Assembly: GCA_051047955.1 (NCBI GenBank)
Contig: JBPGPT010000028.1
Location: forward strand, 1 to 64,000
DNA: 64,000 nt
Source of the DNA: Cystobasidiomycetes sp. EMM_F5
Taxonomy: Eukaryota
Direction: 5' to 3'
The translations under genes and the position numbers were made by a program. The notes under the pieces were generated by a model. The model had not been told where the DNA came from. It did not search any database and worked only from the letters and a program-made list of their open reading frames with translations. Of the stretch, positions 36,791-50,364 are shown in pieces. The first letter of the stretch is position 1. The number at the start of each line of letters is the position of its first letter.

Positions 36791-38188
36791 ATGACATATC
36801 TGCTGCTTCTTGCTGTGCTTCCACTTGCATTCTTCCTCTTGCACACATCCAGAAACATGGCTCCGGCTCCCCGAAATCCACTGGGAGTGCTCGCAAGCCG
36901 TGAAGAATGGCTGCCCATTCTAGAGGGTCTGCCGGATCTTACGGAAACTAGCGGGAGGATACCTGCGTTCTTCTGTGCAGTGATATCCCATCTCCTAAAC
37001 GATAGTAGTGTACTGACTATTTCTCCGGACAGTTGCGCATGGCCGTTGGTCTACTTTGTCGTTCCGCGAATGATGGTATAGTAAATGCTGATTGACCGAC
37101 GCAGACCCGACGTTGTTATGGCCGAAAGACACGCCATTCAGCCGTCCTGGAATGTTTGGCGAGATCTCGAAACCGAATGGCATTCTCTGCCAGTTCCTGC
37201 AAGATTTCGGAAAGGTCCTGCTGGAAAAGTACACACATCGTCTCCATACCCGCATACGATAGTTGACGTAATGTCATGTCGACAGATACAAGCCCAAGGC
37301 TATTGTCGTGTTTAGTGCGCACTGGGAGACGCACGGGGAACGATTAGGTGAGTCGAGCGCGTCTGACTTGCTGTCCTGTTCTAACAAATGTATACAGTCT
37401 CCGACTACGGCGACGAGAATCCACTGCTCTACGACTATTACAACTTTCCGCAATCATTGTACGACATTACATGGCGCAGTCGCGGGTCGTCATCTCTGGC
37501 CCAACGCGTCGTGCAAGAATTCCATAAAGCAGGAATAAAAGCGAGGACTACGCCCGTGACTGAAGATCGCGGCGAAGATGGACGGCGAGTGAACCGGCCA
37601 TTGCATAATAGTGGACTTGATCATGGGTGAGGCGGCTTAAATGACATCGGTGGCTTACAATGCTAACATTGATACTCCTCAGCGTATTCATTCCGTTCAA
37701 GATCATGTTTCCGGACGACCAAGGCCCATTCCCTATACCTGTCGTGCAAGTCTCCATCGACTCGGACTTTCGACCGGAGCGGGAGTATGAGATTGGCAGG
37801 GCTCTCAAGAGTCTGCGCGATGAGGGAGTTCTGATTCTTTGTGGTGGTCTCGTCATCCATACATTCAAGGATCTCGAGTCGTTTCATGAAGGGAAAGCCA
37901 AGCCGGTGAGTCTGTCATAGTTATCTCGAGGTGACTCTGGCTGACGATGGGTATCCTTAGTTATATCATGACTGGAACGACAAGATTGTCAAGGCTATTC
38001 AGATCTCTGGGACTGACGAAGAGCGTAAGCAAGCTGTCTTTGACCTTACAAAGGAGCCAGAGTTTCGAAAAGCGCATCCCAGGGAGGATCACTGGGCTCC
38101 GATCCATGTAGCTCAAGGAGCGGGAGAGGGCAGTAGAGCCATACTTCTTTCCGGCATGTACGGTGCTACGAGTGTAGCGTATGTGTAG
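36791..38188 (+). CDS. Extradiol ring-cleavage dioxygenase class III subunit B (LigB / DOPA-dioxygenase-like)
   Basis: Spliced FFAHGHP, VVFSAHWE, LYDYYNFP, GLDHGVFIPF, PVVQVSI, GGLVIH and AHPREDHWAP. An alternative start exists at 36857. Confidence 0.92.
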
Positions 38189-38389
38189 ATGAGTGTGTGC
38201 GGTGTACAAGCCATTCTCGTTGCGTTTCGTCTGTCGATGTTTGCCTCACCAATTATTAACAATCTTCAAGCCACCCATCACATGCCTCTGCTCCAAAACA
38301 AAGCTCGACGGGGCCAGCACATCGAGCAATATCACCTAAGTCACCCAACACAGCGACACACTTACACGCATACAGTCACCCAGCCAGCC

Positions 38390-41386
38390 ATGGCCCAGGT
38401 GTATGCCAGACCATCGCCCATGGCAGCCAGAAACCAAGACACCCAACAAGAACAGCGAGCAGCCCAGGCATCGGCCGTTGAAGCGCACGCTGCCAAACGC
38501 GAGGACGCCGCTATAGACTTTGCCAACAAGCGAGATGCGTGAGTGGGATGGGTTTGCGATGGCTGCCTTTGTCGGGGGACAGTCATCGAAAAGCCAGGAC
38601 GGGGAGCTCAGGCTGACCCTACGTTGATATTCCCAGACTACTGGCATGCCTGCAAGAGTCCACGTCCCTCGTATCGAGTCTGGCCAGCTTCAATGACGCC
38701 CGATGGACACTGCAGTATCCCCACGACAAGCTCGGCTTTGCAGGAGCAGCCAGCAAGACTGACGGCAGTTCTGCGCTTCAGTCTGCAGCAACCACGCCGT
38801 CACTGCAACGCAATGATCCCTTAGCTGCCTCGAACCCGTCATCTTTATCGACAGCCGGGCCATCCCGTCCTCCAATTTCAGCAGCTTCTGCAATTCTGCA
38901 CCGCGAACAGCTGCCTCGCAGATCTGCTAGCATGTTTGGCGAAGATCAGGGTAGCCATGCTCGTCTATCGCAGTCTACGCCCATCAGACCAGGTCTGCAC
39001 GCTCGTTCTGCTACGACCATGGTTCCGTCCACCGGCGATCTGGTCGACTCGCCACAGAGCGCTCCCGCGACTGCGCCTGCAAATTCGCACCCTCTGGCTA
39101 TCGATCTCCGTCTAGGTGCGCCCGGTCAGACGGCAGTGGCTGACCTCATGGGCGAGATGGCGGCGTCGGAAACTGCTCGTCTGCTAAACAAGCGGTTCGA
39201 AGTAGCTAAAAAACAACTAAACAACCTCACCTCTCGCGTTCGAGACAATCAATCTCGCATTCTCGTCACGGGAGATTTGAATGCCGGTAAATCGACATTT
39301 GTCAATGCTCTCTTACGAAGGGATGTTCTTCCGACAGACCAACAACCCCTGACTACCGTCTTTTGCGAGGTCCTCGATGCTCAGGCGTACAATGACGGCG
39401 TAGAGGAGGTGCATGCGGTCTATGCCAGCAACATCGAGCGATACGATCGTACTGCTGCCGACTCGTATGACAAGTTTCCCATGTCGAAACTCGAGGAGAT
39501 TTCCACAAACGAAGATCAGCAGTACGGGATTGTCAAGGTTTACCTAGAAGATGCACGTGCTCCTCTCGACTCTACACCCACATCAGTTGTCGATGGTCAG
39601 ATCTCACCGGAAAGGGAAGCCAAAGTCAACTCGTCCTTTATCCGCAACGGCATTGTATCTATCTCTCTCATCGATGGTCCTGGCCTCAACAAGGACAACT
39701 ATACGACTACGGCAGTCTTCACTCGCCAGACTGAGATTGATGTCATCGTCTTTGTCGTGCAAGCTCAAGATGGCTTTACGCTGTCCGCGACTGACTTTGT
39801 ACGGCACGCGTCCATGGACAAGGCGCTTGTATTTGTGGTCGTCAATAAGTATAGAAATATCCGCGACAAGGCACGCTGCGAGCGACGAGTCATGCAGCAG
39901 TTGAGCTTGATCCTTCCCAAGACCTGGGAACAGCGTGAGGAGCTGGTGCATTTCGTAGAAGCTGGCGCCATTGTCGACAATCTCCCATCAATGGTCGGCA
40001 ACAGTGATGACAAGTCACAAGATGGGCCAGATGAATTGGCGTTTGCATATCTCGAAGAATCGTTGCGGTCCTTTTTGCTCCTCAAGCGATCCGTGTCGAA
40101 ATTGGCGCCCGCTCAGCACTATCTCGCAAATCTCCTCGCAGATCTTGCAGTCACCGCAGAGGTCAATGTCGATGCTGCGATTGAGCAGGCGGAAGAAGCC
40201 GAGCTCCGCTTATCGCATCTCGTCCCGATCCACGAAAAGCTCAAGCAGCAAAAGGAGATTGTGGAAGAGGCGATTGGCAAGGAGGAAGAGGAGAGAGTGA
40301 TGCAGGTCCGAAATGCTGCTGTTCAGCGTCTATCGAAGGCTATTGCGTCTATTTCGGTTGGTGGCATTCAAGATGCATTACCAGCTTACCCTGGTGTGCT
40401 CGATCTTTGGGATTGGGCTGGCCAGGTCAAGGCTTCTCTACTGGACTACCTCGAGTCTCAGGTGGTCGCTTCTGAAGAGGATGCACGAGAAAGCACGATC
40501 GAGGGCGTCAAGATTGTGCAGACTGAATTATCGGCTCGCTTCTTACCGACAATCAGCCAAGCTGCTGAAGGAGCCGGATCTACCGTATCTGGTGCAGCGG
40601 CAGCTCTACCACAGCGCGTCTTCAACTCGCAAAACATGTTTTCACGACGCAGGGAAGCGCTCAAGAAGGCTGCTCGCGGCAAAGCTTCGCTTGCACAACA
40701 CTCGTTTGCACTCAAGCATAACGATATTGAACTGTCTGTCCTGGACATGTTGGACCTAGATCGCTTGCTTGCGCTGCCGACTACGTTGGCAAACCAAGGT
40801 AGAGCCGCAGCAAAGGGTAACGCTCTGATTGAAGCCACCTCGGCATCGGCTTTGAGCGCCGTCAGTCTAGGTGTCGGAGCGATTACCATGTTTGGAACGC
40901 GCATCGTCGGCATCAAGACCATCATCGAAGCTGTCACAACTTTGACGGATATTCTTGGCAGTAGGGCTGCAAGGAAATGGGCCGGTCCAGCTGCAGCTGC
41001 GCTGAGTGAGTCTGATAATATGGACAATTTCTTGTACAACTACTGATGTTTCCCGTTTCGTAGCACTTGGGCTGGGAGCGTACCTCGTCTACGATCTACC
41101 GCGTGCTATACCTCACAATGTCGGCAAGAAGCTGCATGCGTCGTTGACCGAGAGCCACTTTACATCTGTCGAAAGTGATCGTATCGCATTCGAGACGCGC
41201 AAGGTGCTCCGCCTGTGTGGCTGGGACTTGCGAGAACGCTTCCGTGCTGCGTTGGAAGCGTCTGAAAAGGATCGAAAAGACGTCGAGGGCCGTCTGTCGC
41301 AAGCCGATGCTGCTCTCGAGTTTTTGGAAAAGTACATGGACAGCGTCGACAAGCAACAAAAGGTAGTGGCCAGTATTGCGCTGTGA
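38390..41386 (+). CDS. FZO1: Mitofusin (transmembrane GTPase Fzo1)
   Basis: G1 GDLNAGKST, LPTDQQPLT and G3 LIDGPGLN. Two C-terminal TM segments and a heptad-repeat tail. Introns at ~38539-38637 and ~41006-41063. Confidence 0.95.
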
Positions 41387-41595
41387 GGAGATTCGAAACG
41401 GAGATAGATGCGCCGTTCGACCCTGGGTACCCTTCTAATGATTTATATGTAACTTGATGCCGGACACCACTCTTTGTTACTCTGTGTACGTTTAGTGTGT
41501 ATATCAATTGGAAAGAAATGCACATTCACTGCTCTGTATGTTGATCTAATATTTGAGTATGTCCTTGTCGCCGACCAACCTGGGCAATACAAAAC

Positions 41596-44043
41596 ATGCT
41601 CCAGGCTGCGCGGACGTCGACGAGGCAGACCCCGCTGCTGTCGACGCTGATACGGCGGACGTCGACAGCTGCGATATCGTCCAATGATCCATGGTCGCCG
41701 TCGATATTGTCGATAACCAATTATGCGTCACCCAGGCAGGGCCGAGTGATGCTGGAACTCCAGCAGCGGAGAAGGCTGCACGGTCACAGCAGACGATGGC
41801 AGAGTGTCCAGTCGCAGTCGCAGCAGCAGTCGAGTGACGCTGCCCCGTCGCCGTCAAGGATGGGCAAAGATATTCCCCCGCCAGGATACAAGAAACCATC
41901 GACCATTAGCAAGTCTGGTGGTAGCAGTAGTGTTCCAGCTAGTACAGCGAGCTCGTCGATGGAAAAGACTGGCATTACCGATGAAAAGCAGTCGCCGAGC
42001 ACCAGTACATCCGTCGAAAAGGGCAAGGACAAGGAAGTAACAAGCAGTCCTTCGTCGAGCAGCAAAGCCGTATCTTCAAAGACATCTAATAAACCTGCAG
42101 AACCTCTAACTACGCGTATATGGGCCAAGGTGAAGCACGAAGCTCAGCACTACTGGGCAGGGTCAAAACTGCTAGGCAAAGAGATTCGCATCTCGGCTAG
42201 GCTGCAGATGAAGCTGCTCAGAGGCAAAAGTCTCACCAGACGAGAGAAGAGACAGGTATGTTGCTACATGGTGGGGATCTGCCGAAGACTGACGTGGTGC
42301 CTGATGCGATAATTACGAAATATTCAACATGTACAGCTCAAACGCACAACGCAGGATCTCCTCCGCCTGATCCCCTTCATCCCCTTCGTCATCATCCCCT
42401 TCATGGAATTCCTTCTTCCAGTCGCTCTCAAGCTATTCCCCAACATGCTGCCGTCCACGTTTGAGGACAAGCACGCTGCCGATGAAAAGAAGCGCAAGCT
42501 GTTGAAAGTAAGGCTAGAAATGGCCAAGTTCTTACAAGAGACGATTCGCGAGTCTGGTCTGTCAAACAAGACGGAACAGTTGCAAAACAGCGAAGAGTTC
42601 AAGCGCTTCTTCCGCAAAGTCCGCTCGACCGGGGAAGAACCGTCTACGGATGAAATTGTCAAGGTCGCACGATTGTTTGAGGATGATCTTACTCTCGACA
42701 ACCTCTCTCGACCACAGCTCGTCAGCATGTGTAGATATATGAACATTAATGCCTTCGGGACAGACAATTTCCTGCGCTACACCATCAGACAACGTCTAGC
42801 GGATCTTGGACGGGATGACAAGCTGATTGACGCAGAGGGTGTAGATTCGCTGTCTCCTGCAGAAATTGCTCATGCCTGTGTTTCTCGAGGTATCAGGACG
42901 ACAAACAGCTCTCCTGAGCGACAGAGTGCCGAGTTGGCACAGTGGATCGACCTGCATCTTCATCACAACCTGTCTGGTGTCCTTCTCATTCTCTCGAAAG
43001 CATTTGCATTCACTGAACGCCCCGATGGAACTGTCGACCATCTGGAATCGCTCAAAGACACGCTGAGCAGTCTGCCCGACACGCTGCTCAACGAGACGGA
43101 GTTGCAAGTATCGTCCGAGGAAGGATTCAAGCAGCGTCTCGAAGTACTGCAACAGCAGGAAGAGCTGATTGAAGATGAAGCTGAGCAGGAGCAAGAGGAA
43201 GAGGAAGCCCGTAAAGCGCGGAAATTGGAACAACTCGAAGCTGAAGCTCGGCTAGCTTCGGAAGAGGACGCGTTGAAAGAAAAGGAAAAGGCACAGAATG
43301 AGTTGCAGCAAGCTCAGGACATGCTCCCGGAACAGCTTGCAGCGGAGACTGTGGAGGATAAAAAGGCAGACAGTAAAAAGGATGCTCGTATGACAACGGA
43401 ACAGCTCTCGGAACTGGGTGAAGCTCTTCGTATCCTGTCGGCAAAGAGTAGTGTCAAGAAGGAACGTGAAGATCTCGCCAAGCTCATGGAGGAGAGCGTC
43501 TCGGGTTCTGATATAGCGGACGAGGCGGTCGCGTCAGCTTCTGCTAACCCAGACGGTTCCGAAGCGACAACAGAATCTGGCGAGACTATCGTCAAGGAGG
43601 AGCGCAAAGTGTCTGCACTGGAGAAACGCATACGAAAGATGATTGGACAGATTGATGAGCAATTGGAAGCGTATGATGCAGAAGTGTCCCACAAGCTCGA
43701 GAAGTTCGACTGTCCCGAAGGCAAGATTTCAAAGGACAATCTCCGGACGGCCTTTATGCAAATCAGGCATCGACCAGACGATGAGACGATTGATGCGCTG
43801 ATTGAGAAGCTCGATGTCGACAATGATGGGTTTGTCCCGCTCGAGGATGTCACTTCTCTGGCGGAAGTGGAGGGTATCGGTGTAGTCATTGACGATGCAG
43901 CCGGCGAACTCCTCGACAAGGGACATCAGATTCGACAGGACGAGGGCCTGACGAGCACATCGTCTGCATCGGCATCTTCTGCGTCCGAAGAGAAGAAGGA
44001 GTCCAAAAAGTCGAAACCCAAGCGGGAGGAGATTGTGGAGTAG
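41596..44043 (+). CDS. MDM38: LETM1/Mdm38 mitochondrial inner-membrane protein with EF-hand
   Basis: KVKHEAQHYWAGSKLL, LTRREKRQLKRT, PFMEFLLPVALKLFPNMLPSTF and LDNLSRPQL. EF loop DVDNDGFVPLED. Confidence 0.95.
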
Positions 44044-44185
44044 GGTATATACAAGTGCGCAGCGTATTTCAGTCAATCTTTCGCAGTCTTTCGTGTAAAC
44101 ATATTCGCTTCTACAATCCCATTTCAATGCTGTTTCATCATACGTTGCCCTTTTGCAAACTACCGACATCCAACCAACTCTGCCA

Positions 44186-46399
44186 ATGCTCTCGCGGGCT
44201 GCGACGTCGCTCGCACGCACAGCAATGGCAGCCCCACGCCCATCGTCGTCGTCGTCGTGTCTGGGCTGCAGTCCGGCTGAGCGTAGTGTCTGCCAGTTCA
44301 GCACTGGGAGGTACTCTGGCAATGGCAGCGTCCTCAACAAGTATTCAAGGAATATCACAAAGCCAAAGGACCAGGGAGCGTCGCAGGTAGGCTGGCTGGG
44401 TGGTCGCATTCGAGGAGGATGCGATTCGCTGGAAATTGGTGCATATTGACCATGTTTTGTATTGCAGGCAATGCTGTACGCGACAGAAGGAATCGACAAA
44501 GATTCCGATCTCGACAAGCCCATGATTGGGGTAGCGAGCGTGTGGTGGGTGACGGCGACGTTTGAAGGGATTTATTAGTCAAGCTGACAGCCGGGTATTC
44601 ATCAGGTATGAAGGGAACCCGTATGTATAGGCAATCAACAGGCTCCCTACAATGGATCAGCTAAATTATACCGCGCCCCAGCTGTAATGCCCATCTTCTC
44701 GGCATGGGACAACGAATAACACGGTCAATTCGAAAAGCTGGTCTGACAGGCTATCAATTCGGAACGCCCGCCGTGTCGGATGGTATCTCAATGGGTGGGG
44801 ATCTACGCTGTTCAAGCTTGACATCAGGCTAAACAACGTACGGTCTTTCAGGCACCTTCGGAATGTCATACTCGTTACAATCACGAGATCTGATTGCAGA
44901 TTCTGTGGAAACTGTTGCAGGGGGACACTGGCTGGACGGCGTTGTTGTGGTGCCGGGATGTGATGTGAGCTGCTTATGCTCTCGGAGCGGCGTGCCAGAC
45001 AGCAACTAACGTCTGAATGCAGAAAAATATGCCCGGTACCTTGATGGCGCTTGGAAGACTGAATCGACCCGGTCTTATGGTTTACGGGGGTACGATCCGA
45101 CCAGGCAGCTGTTCGGGCATGCCTCAGTTGGACATTGTTTCCGCCTTCCAATCCTACGGCACATACCTAGCCGAGGGTGAGACGGAGGAAGCGGAAAAGA
45201 AGCGATACGACGTTGTACGCAATGCCTGTCCTGGTTCAGGAGCATGTGGAGGAATGTATACCGCCAACACTATGGCATCCGCGGCGGAAGCAATGGGAAT
45301 GACACTACCTGGATCTTCCTCCTTCCCCGCTGAATACCCAGAAAAGCAAAGAGAATGCGATAGTATCGGAGAGGCCATGAAGATTCTGCTCGAAAAGGAC
45401 ATCAAGCCAAGAGACATTATGACGAAAGCGGCATTCGAGAATGCAATTGTCTTGACAATGATTCTCGGGGGATCAACAAACGCAGTTCTGCATCTGATTG
45501 CCGTAGCTCATAGCGTGGGCATCGAAATCACAATCGACGACTTTCAGCGCGTCTCGGATAAGACACCTTTTATTGCCGATCTGAAACCGAGCGGAAAATA
45601 CGTCTTTGAGGATGTACACAAAATTGGCGGTATTCCTTGTACGTGATGTGTTCGTCCTGTCAAATCACACTGACTGAAGTGATTGTTTGCAGCCGTGTTG
45701 AAGTACCTCCTGGAAAATCGCTTGATTGACGGATCCATCATGACTGTCACTGGCAAGACGCTGGGTGAAAATCTGGAAAAGGCGAAACCTCTACCTGCTG
45801 ATCAAAAAGTACTGAGACCGCTCAACGACCCCATCAAAGCCACTGGGCACATTCGCATCTTGAAAGGTTCGCTCGCGCCGGGAGGCAGTGTCGCCAAAAT
45901 TACTGGCAAAGAGGGTCTTCAATTTACCGGTAAAGCGAGAGTCTTTGAGACTGAGTCAGACCTCGTGCACGCTATTGAGAACAAGGAGATCAAGGTTGAA
46001 GAAAAGACGGTCGTAGTATTGCGCTACATGGGCCCGAAGGGTGGACCGGGCATGCCAGAGATGCTGAAACCAACTTCACTCGTCATGGGTGCCGGACTCG
46101 GCAACAGTGTCGCTTGCCTGACGGATGGCCGCTTCTCCGGCGGCACACACGGATTCTGTATCGGGCACGTTGTGCCAGAGGCTTACGAAGGCGGACCCAT
46201 CGCCTTAGTGGAGGACGGCGACATTATCGCCATTGACGCAGAAAAGAACACGCTAGAGTTGGAGATTTCAGCAGAGGAGCTGGAAGCGAGAAGGAAAAAG
46301 TGGCAGCCCAGAAAACCAAAAGTGACGCAGGGTACACTGCTCAAATACATCAAATTGGTCAGCGACGCTTCTCACGGTGCAGTGACTGACTTGTACTAG
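44186..46399 (+). CDS. ILV3: Mitochondrial dihydroxy-acid dehydratase
   Basis: [67 protein letters not shown] and TDGRFSGG. Confidence 0.97.
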
Positions 46400-46538
46400 T
46401 CTATCCGTGGTGTATACAATGTCTGCCTATTCGACTATAGCTGTGATTTTACATGATTCCAAGAAGTCTTTGTACAACGACAGGATACATACCAGATACT
46501 ACCAAGCCTGCTCGGATACTATTTTCTATAGACTGCGC

Positions 46539-48216
46539 TTATTTGGCCATTTGGGCCATCCTCAATTCCGCAGCCCGGTTCACTCGAGGAGTAATAGAGG
46601 GAGGGCGAACGGCTGGGGGAGGTGACCTGAGCCCGTCTGAGCGGTCACTGGGCGGAAGAGGACTCGCCCGAGATGACAATGATGGTGTAGCCCTTCCGTT
46701 GCTATGCGGTGAACGAACGGATGATCTCCTGTCCCCGTCTTCTCCGTCCATACCGTTCCGTAACGCGGTTGCTCTGTTGACGCGAGGCTGTATACTGGGC
46801 TGCATCAGACTCGACACACTGGAACGCCTATCTATGCCGGGCAGACTCCTCCCCGAACTTGCAGCAGACTGAGCAGCTCTTTCTGCGGTACTCAATGCTG
46901 CCCTCGGAACGGTAGGTGCGTGCGGTTTCCAAGAAAGTCCGCGGCCGATAGTCTCCGACATGTCGAGTCCATTGGGCACTGCCACTTTTGCTCTTACCTG
47001 AGACGATGCAGTGCTTGTACTAGCTACTGATCTGCGACGATTCCCGAACCCAGCTAGACCCTCGTACATTGAACTGCGTTCGCTCGTTCCGCAACTTTCC
47101 CTCCGTTTTGTCGGCTGTCGTACAGTAAAGGAATCATTGACAGATCCTCCCGCTCCTTCTTGTCGTAATAGACTGGCTTTCGTACCGCGCGGCGTGATAC
47201 CAGGTTTAGCTAGACTTTTGGGTGGCGTTACTGGCCGTCGTGTAATGCCTGGTAGAGGCCTGTCGTTGAGTCGATCACTTTCAGCTGTCGCTGGACGTCT
47301 AGGGGTGACCTCGGGTAAAGGAACGCCCATGCGCAGTGCTGCCGCTTTTGACAGACGTGGGGTAATGGTGGGTCCCACCCCGCGGGGTTTGAGCGGCGTT
47401 TGAATCATGTTGGATGACAACAACGATTTCCGACCATTTACTCCAATGGGAGACGCGCTTTCTGTACGCATAGCTGTAGAGACTGTGTGCTTTGCACTTT
47501 GGCTGTGAGCGAGTTGTGTCACAGGATTGTGCTCGTCCTCCTCCTCCTCTTCGGCAATATAAGTAAAGACGCGTCGCTCCTGCTCTGGAGTGATGACGGA
47601 GTCGCTGGACGCTGTTGCCGACGTATCGGCTTCCATGGGAGCTGAGGACGGGCTAGGAAACAGACGTTCAATCTCGTTTGCATCGGTGCATACATGCAGA
47701 GCTCTTCTATGTTCTTCGGGAATGCTAGACCGCGTGAAATCAGCAGAATGCACAGTGATTGCGATAGCATTGCACCCTTTACCTGTCGTCTCTCAGCAAC
47801 GTCTCGAGTGCCTACATGTCCCCAAAACAGTCAGGCACATCATAACATCAACAAACAAATGGCGGGCAACTCACGTCGAGTGGAGCGTGTCCCGTTACGA
47901 GGTATGCCATGGACGGGCTATGAGTGCTGTGGACGCAATAAACAGGTCAACATGGCCGTTGTTGTCAGGGTATACCGTTCCAAACTGACCTGCCATTGTC
48001 GCCAACCAGTCTCGCCGCAACGAGGCTCAGCCCATCCATACCTTCTATACGCTCCTGGATACCGCTGCTATCAGCGTGCCCTTCGAGGAATATCACTGCC
48101 TGCTGTCCAGCTATCGCTCCACTGTCGTCGCCAACATCAAGGCTTGCCATCCTCCCGACCACCGCAGAGTCGTGGATCAAAGACAGATTGGCAGCAAAGG
48201 CAGACCGGCGTATCAT
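46539..48216 (-). CDS. Uncharacterised basic disordered protein with four P-x-I-x-P-R-x-x-[KR]-A-x-x-L-R repeats
   Basis: Three predicted 5' exons join in frame to the long ORF 46539-47753 through GT-AG introns. The start codon is uncertain. Confidence 0.75.
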
Positions 48217-48451
48217 TATGAATCAGTAGCCTGGCTGGGAGTGCTGGTGTCGCGGTGTTGGTTGGGAGCAGACGTGGGAATGTTGGATTATTGACGGAAC
48301 ACGGAACACACAAAGGGAGTTTAGCATGGGAATATCGACATTAATCAATGGATATACCGTACACATGTCTGGCGAGGATGCATTGCTTTTCAGATTCCAA
48401 CCACTGCCCGGTGCTCTTTTGAACCACGTCAATCCGACAACATTCAAGAAA

Positions 48452-50025
48452 ATGACCATTGTCGATATACTCGACTTTCTCGAGCGATGGTACTTGTGGA
48501 GTACTGGTGATCCAGTGCGCAAGAGCGAGAACGCGCTCCGGATAGGGATTCTTTCAACAGGTTGTTTAGAAGATTGCAGACTGAGACTAACGACTGATAC
48601 TGACATTGTATATCGCTGTGCTCGCTGACAGCTAACGTCAATACTGTCGCTATACTAAACCCGGCAAAGGCGAGCTAGGCTGGAGATTATTCCCGGAATG
48701 ACCTCAGCTAATCTCCCGCACAGACACATCCCGATGTCATCGTATCGGCAGTCGCTTCACGCAACCTCGACAAGGCCGAGAAGTATGCAAAGCTTCACGG
48801 CATTCCGAAAGCGTATGGTTCGTACGAGGAGTTGCTGGCAGAACCGGGGATAGATGCCGTGTACATACCTCTACCCAACTCGATGCACTACGAGTGGACG
48901 AAGAAGTCGCTAATGGCAGGCAAGCACGTCCTATGCGAAAAGCCATTCACGTCAAATGCAGCTGAGGCGAGAGAGCTGGTAGCTCTCGTAAGCTGGACTT
49001 CAAATCGCCGTGGCATCCTGGCTGATTCGGTACATTAGGCAGTCCAGAAAAACTTAATCATGGAAGAAGCCTTCCACTGGCAGTTTCACCCGGCAGCGCA
49101 TACCTTTGCGGAACTTGTCAAGGAGAATGGCAACGTGGTCCGAACGTACGCCGAGATGACGGCGCCCAAAGGCTCTGTGCCCGACAGCGATGTCCGTATG
49201 CAGTACGATCTGTCCGGCGGCTCGATCATGGATCTCGTAAGTATTCCACGTAAAGCTGTCTGTATCTCACTCAAAATCAATGTCTGTTGAATAGACGTAT
49301 GTCCTTTCCGCGACCCGATTCTTTCTGAAAGCAGGAGAGCCAAGCTCTATTCAATCGGTCGAAGCGCGACGTGCACTGCACGATGAACGGGTAGACACAT
49401 CAATGCGTGCAAAAATGACGTTCAGCGTCGATGGTCGTGAGGTGCAAAGGTGCGCTTATCATCCATCCTAACTGCACCCAAGACAGCTTATCCCCGGTCT
49501 TACCTATTCATACTCAGCGAGATTTACGGAGATTTAGCACGACCGCCTTGTAAGCCATACTTGACGACACTCATAACTGTTGAGTTTGCTAAAAGTGCTA
49601 ATCAGTATACGGCCTCGTACCACGTATATGGGATATCCCATATTTTCGAGCGGAAACCGATACCGGAGCAATTCTTACCTTCAGTGTCTTCCCCATGCCT
49701 GCCTTCTGGCATAGCATTTGCATAGAGCGCAATGGCAAGAAGACATATCACAAGGTCCGTAATGCATGTAGTAACCCCTTGTCGAGCCGCGGCCGCCTCT
49801 GACGGTCCGAGCACGCAGGCCTATACAAGAACAACGGGCAAGTGGGCCAATCGCGGGAGTGATAGGTGGACAACGTATCGCTGGCAGTTGGAAGCGTTTG
49901 TCGATCAGATTAGGAAACGAGAGCCCATTCACTGGGTGTCTTTACAGGATTCTATCGATCAAATGGCGACTATCGATAGCCTCTATCGAAGTGCTGGCAT
50001 AGCCCCTCGTCCTTCTCAAGTGTGA
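48452..50025 (+). CDS. Gfo/Idh/MocA family NAD(P)-dependent oxidoreductase
   Basis: LRIGILSTA, AVASR, IDAVYIPLPN, GKHVLCEKPF, EEAFHWQFHP and GGSIMDL. Confidence 0.92.
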
Positions 50026-50364
50026 TTCACTAGCCATGACATCGTTCACCGTTTCAGGGCGTACAACATCACGGACTGCAAGATATAATGATGTGCGTTG
50101 AAGCAAATGTCAGGCTGCGTGATAATCTTGGCAGCGGGTACATATGTCGAGACTGCTGCCGCTTTGTATGTCGAACGCTGCAGCACCGGTATGCGAACGC
50201 AGGGCGCTTCGACCGGTGTCAACTTTTTGACGCGCGAATTTGCACAGTGTTGTCTAGTGTCGACGACTGATCTTAGCTGGCTACCGACCATTCAGGTCAT
50301 TGCCTTACTGAAGACTAAGCGTTGACCACCGTGCTTCCATGCTTGAGCTGTGACAGACTTGCGT

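Noticed and set aside
43729..44523. 264-aa minus-strand ORF and similar long antisense ORFs (e.g. 40458-41039, 58805-59425, 61439-62038)
   Set aside because: These are shadow frames opposite well-supported genes in GC-rich coding DNA.
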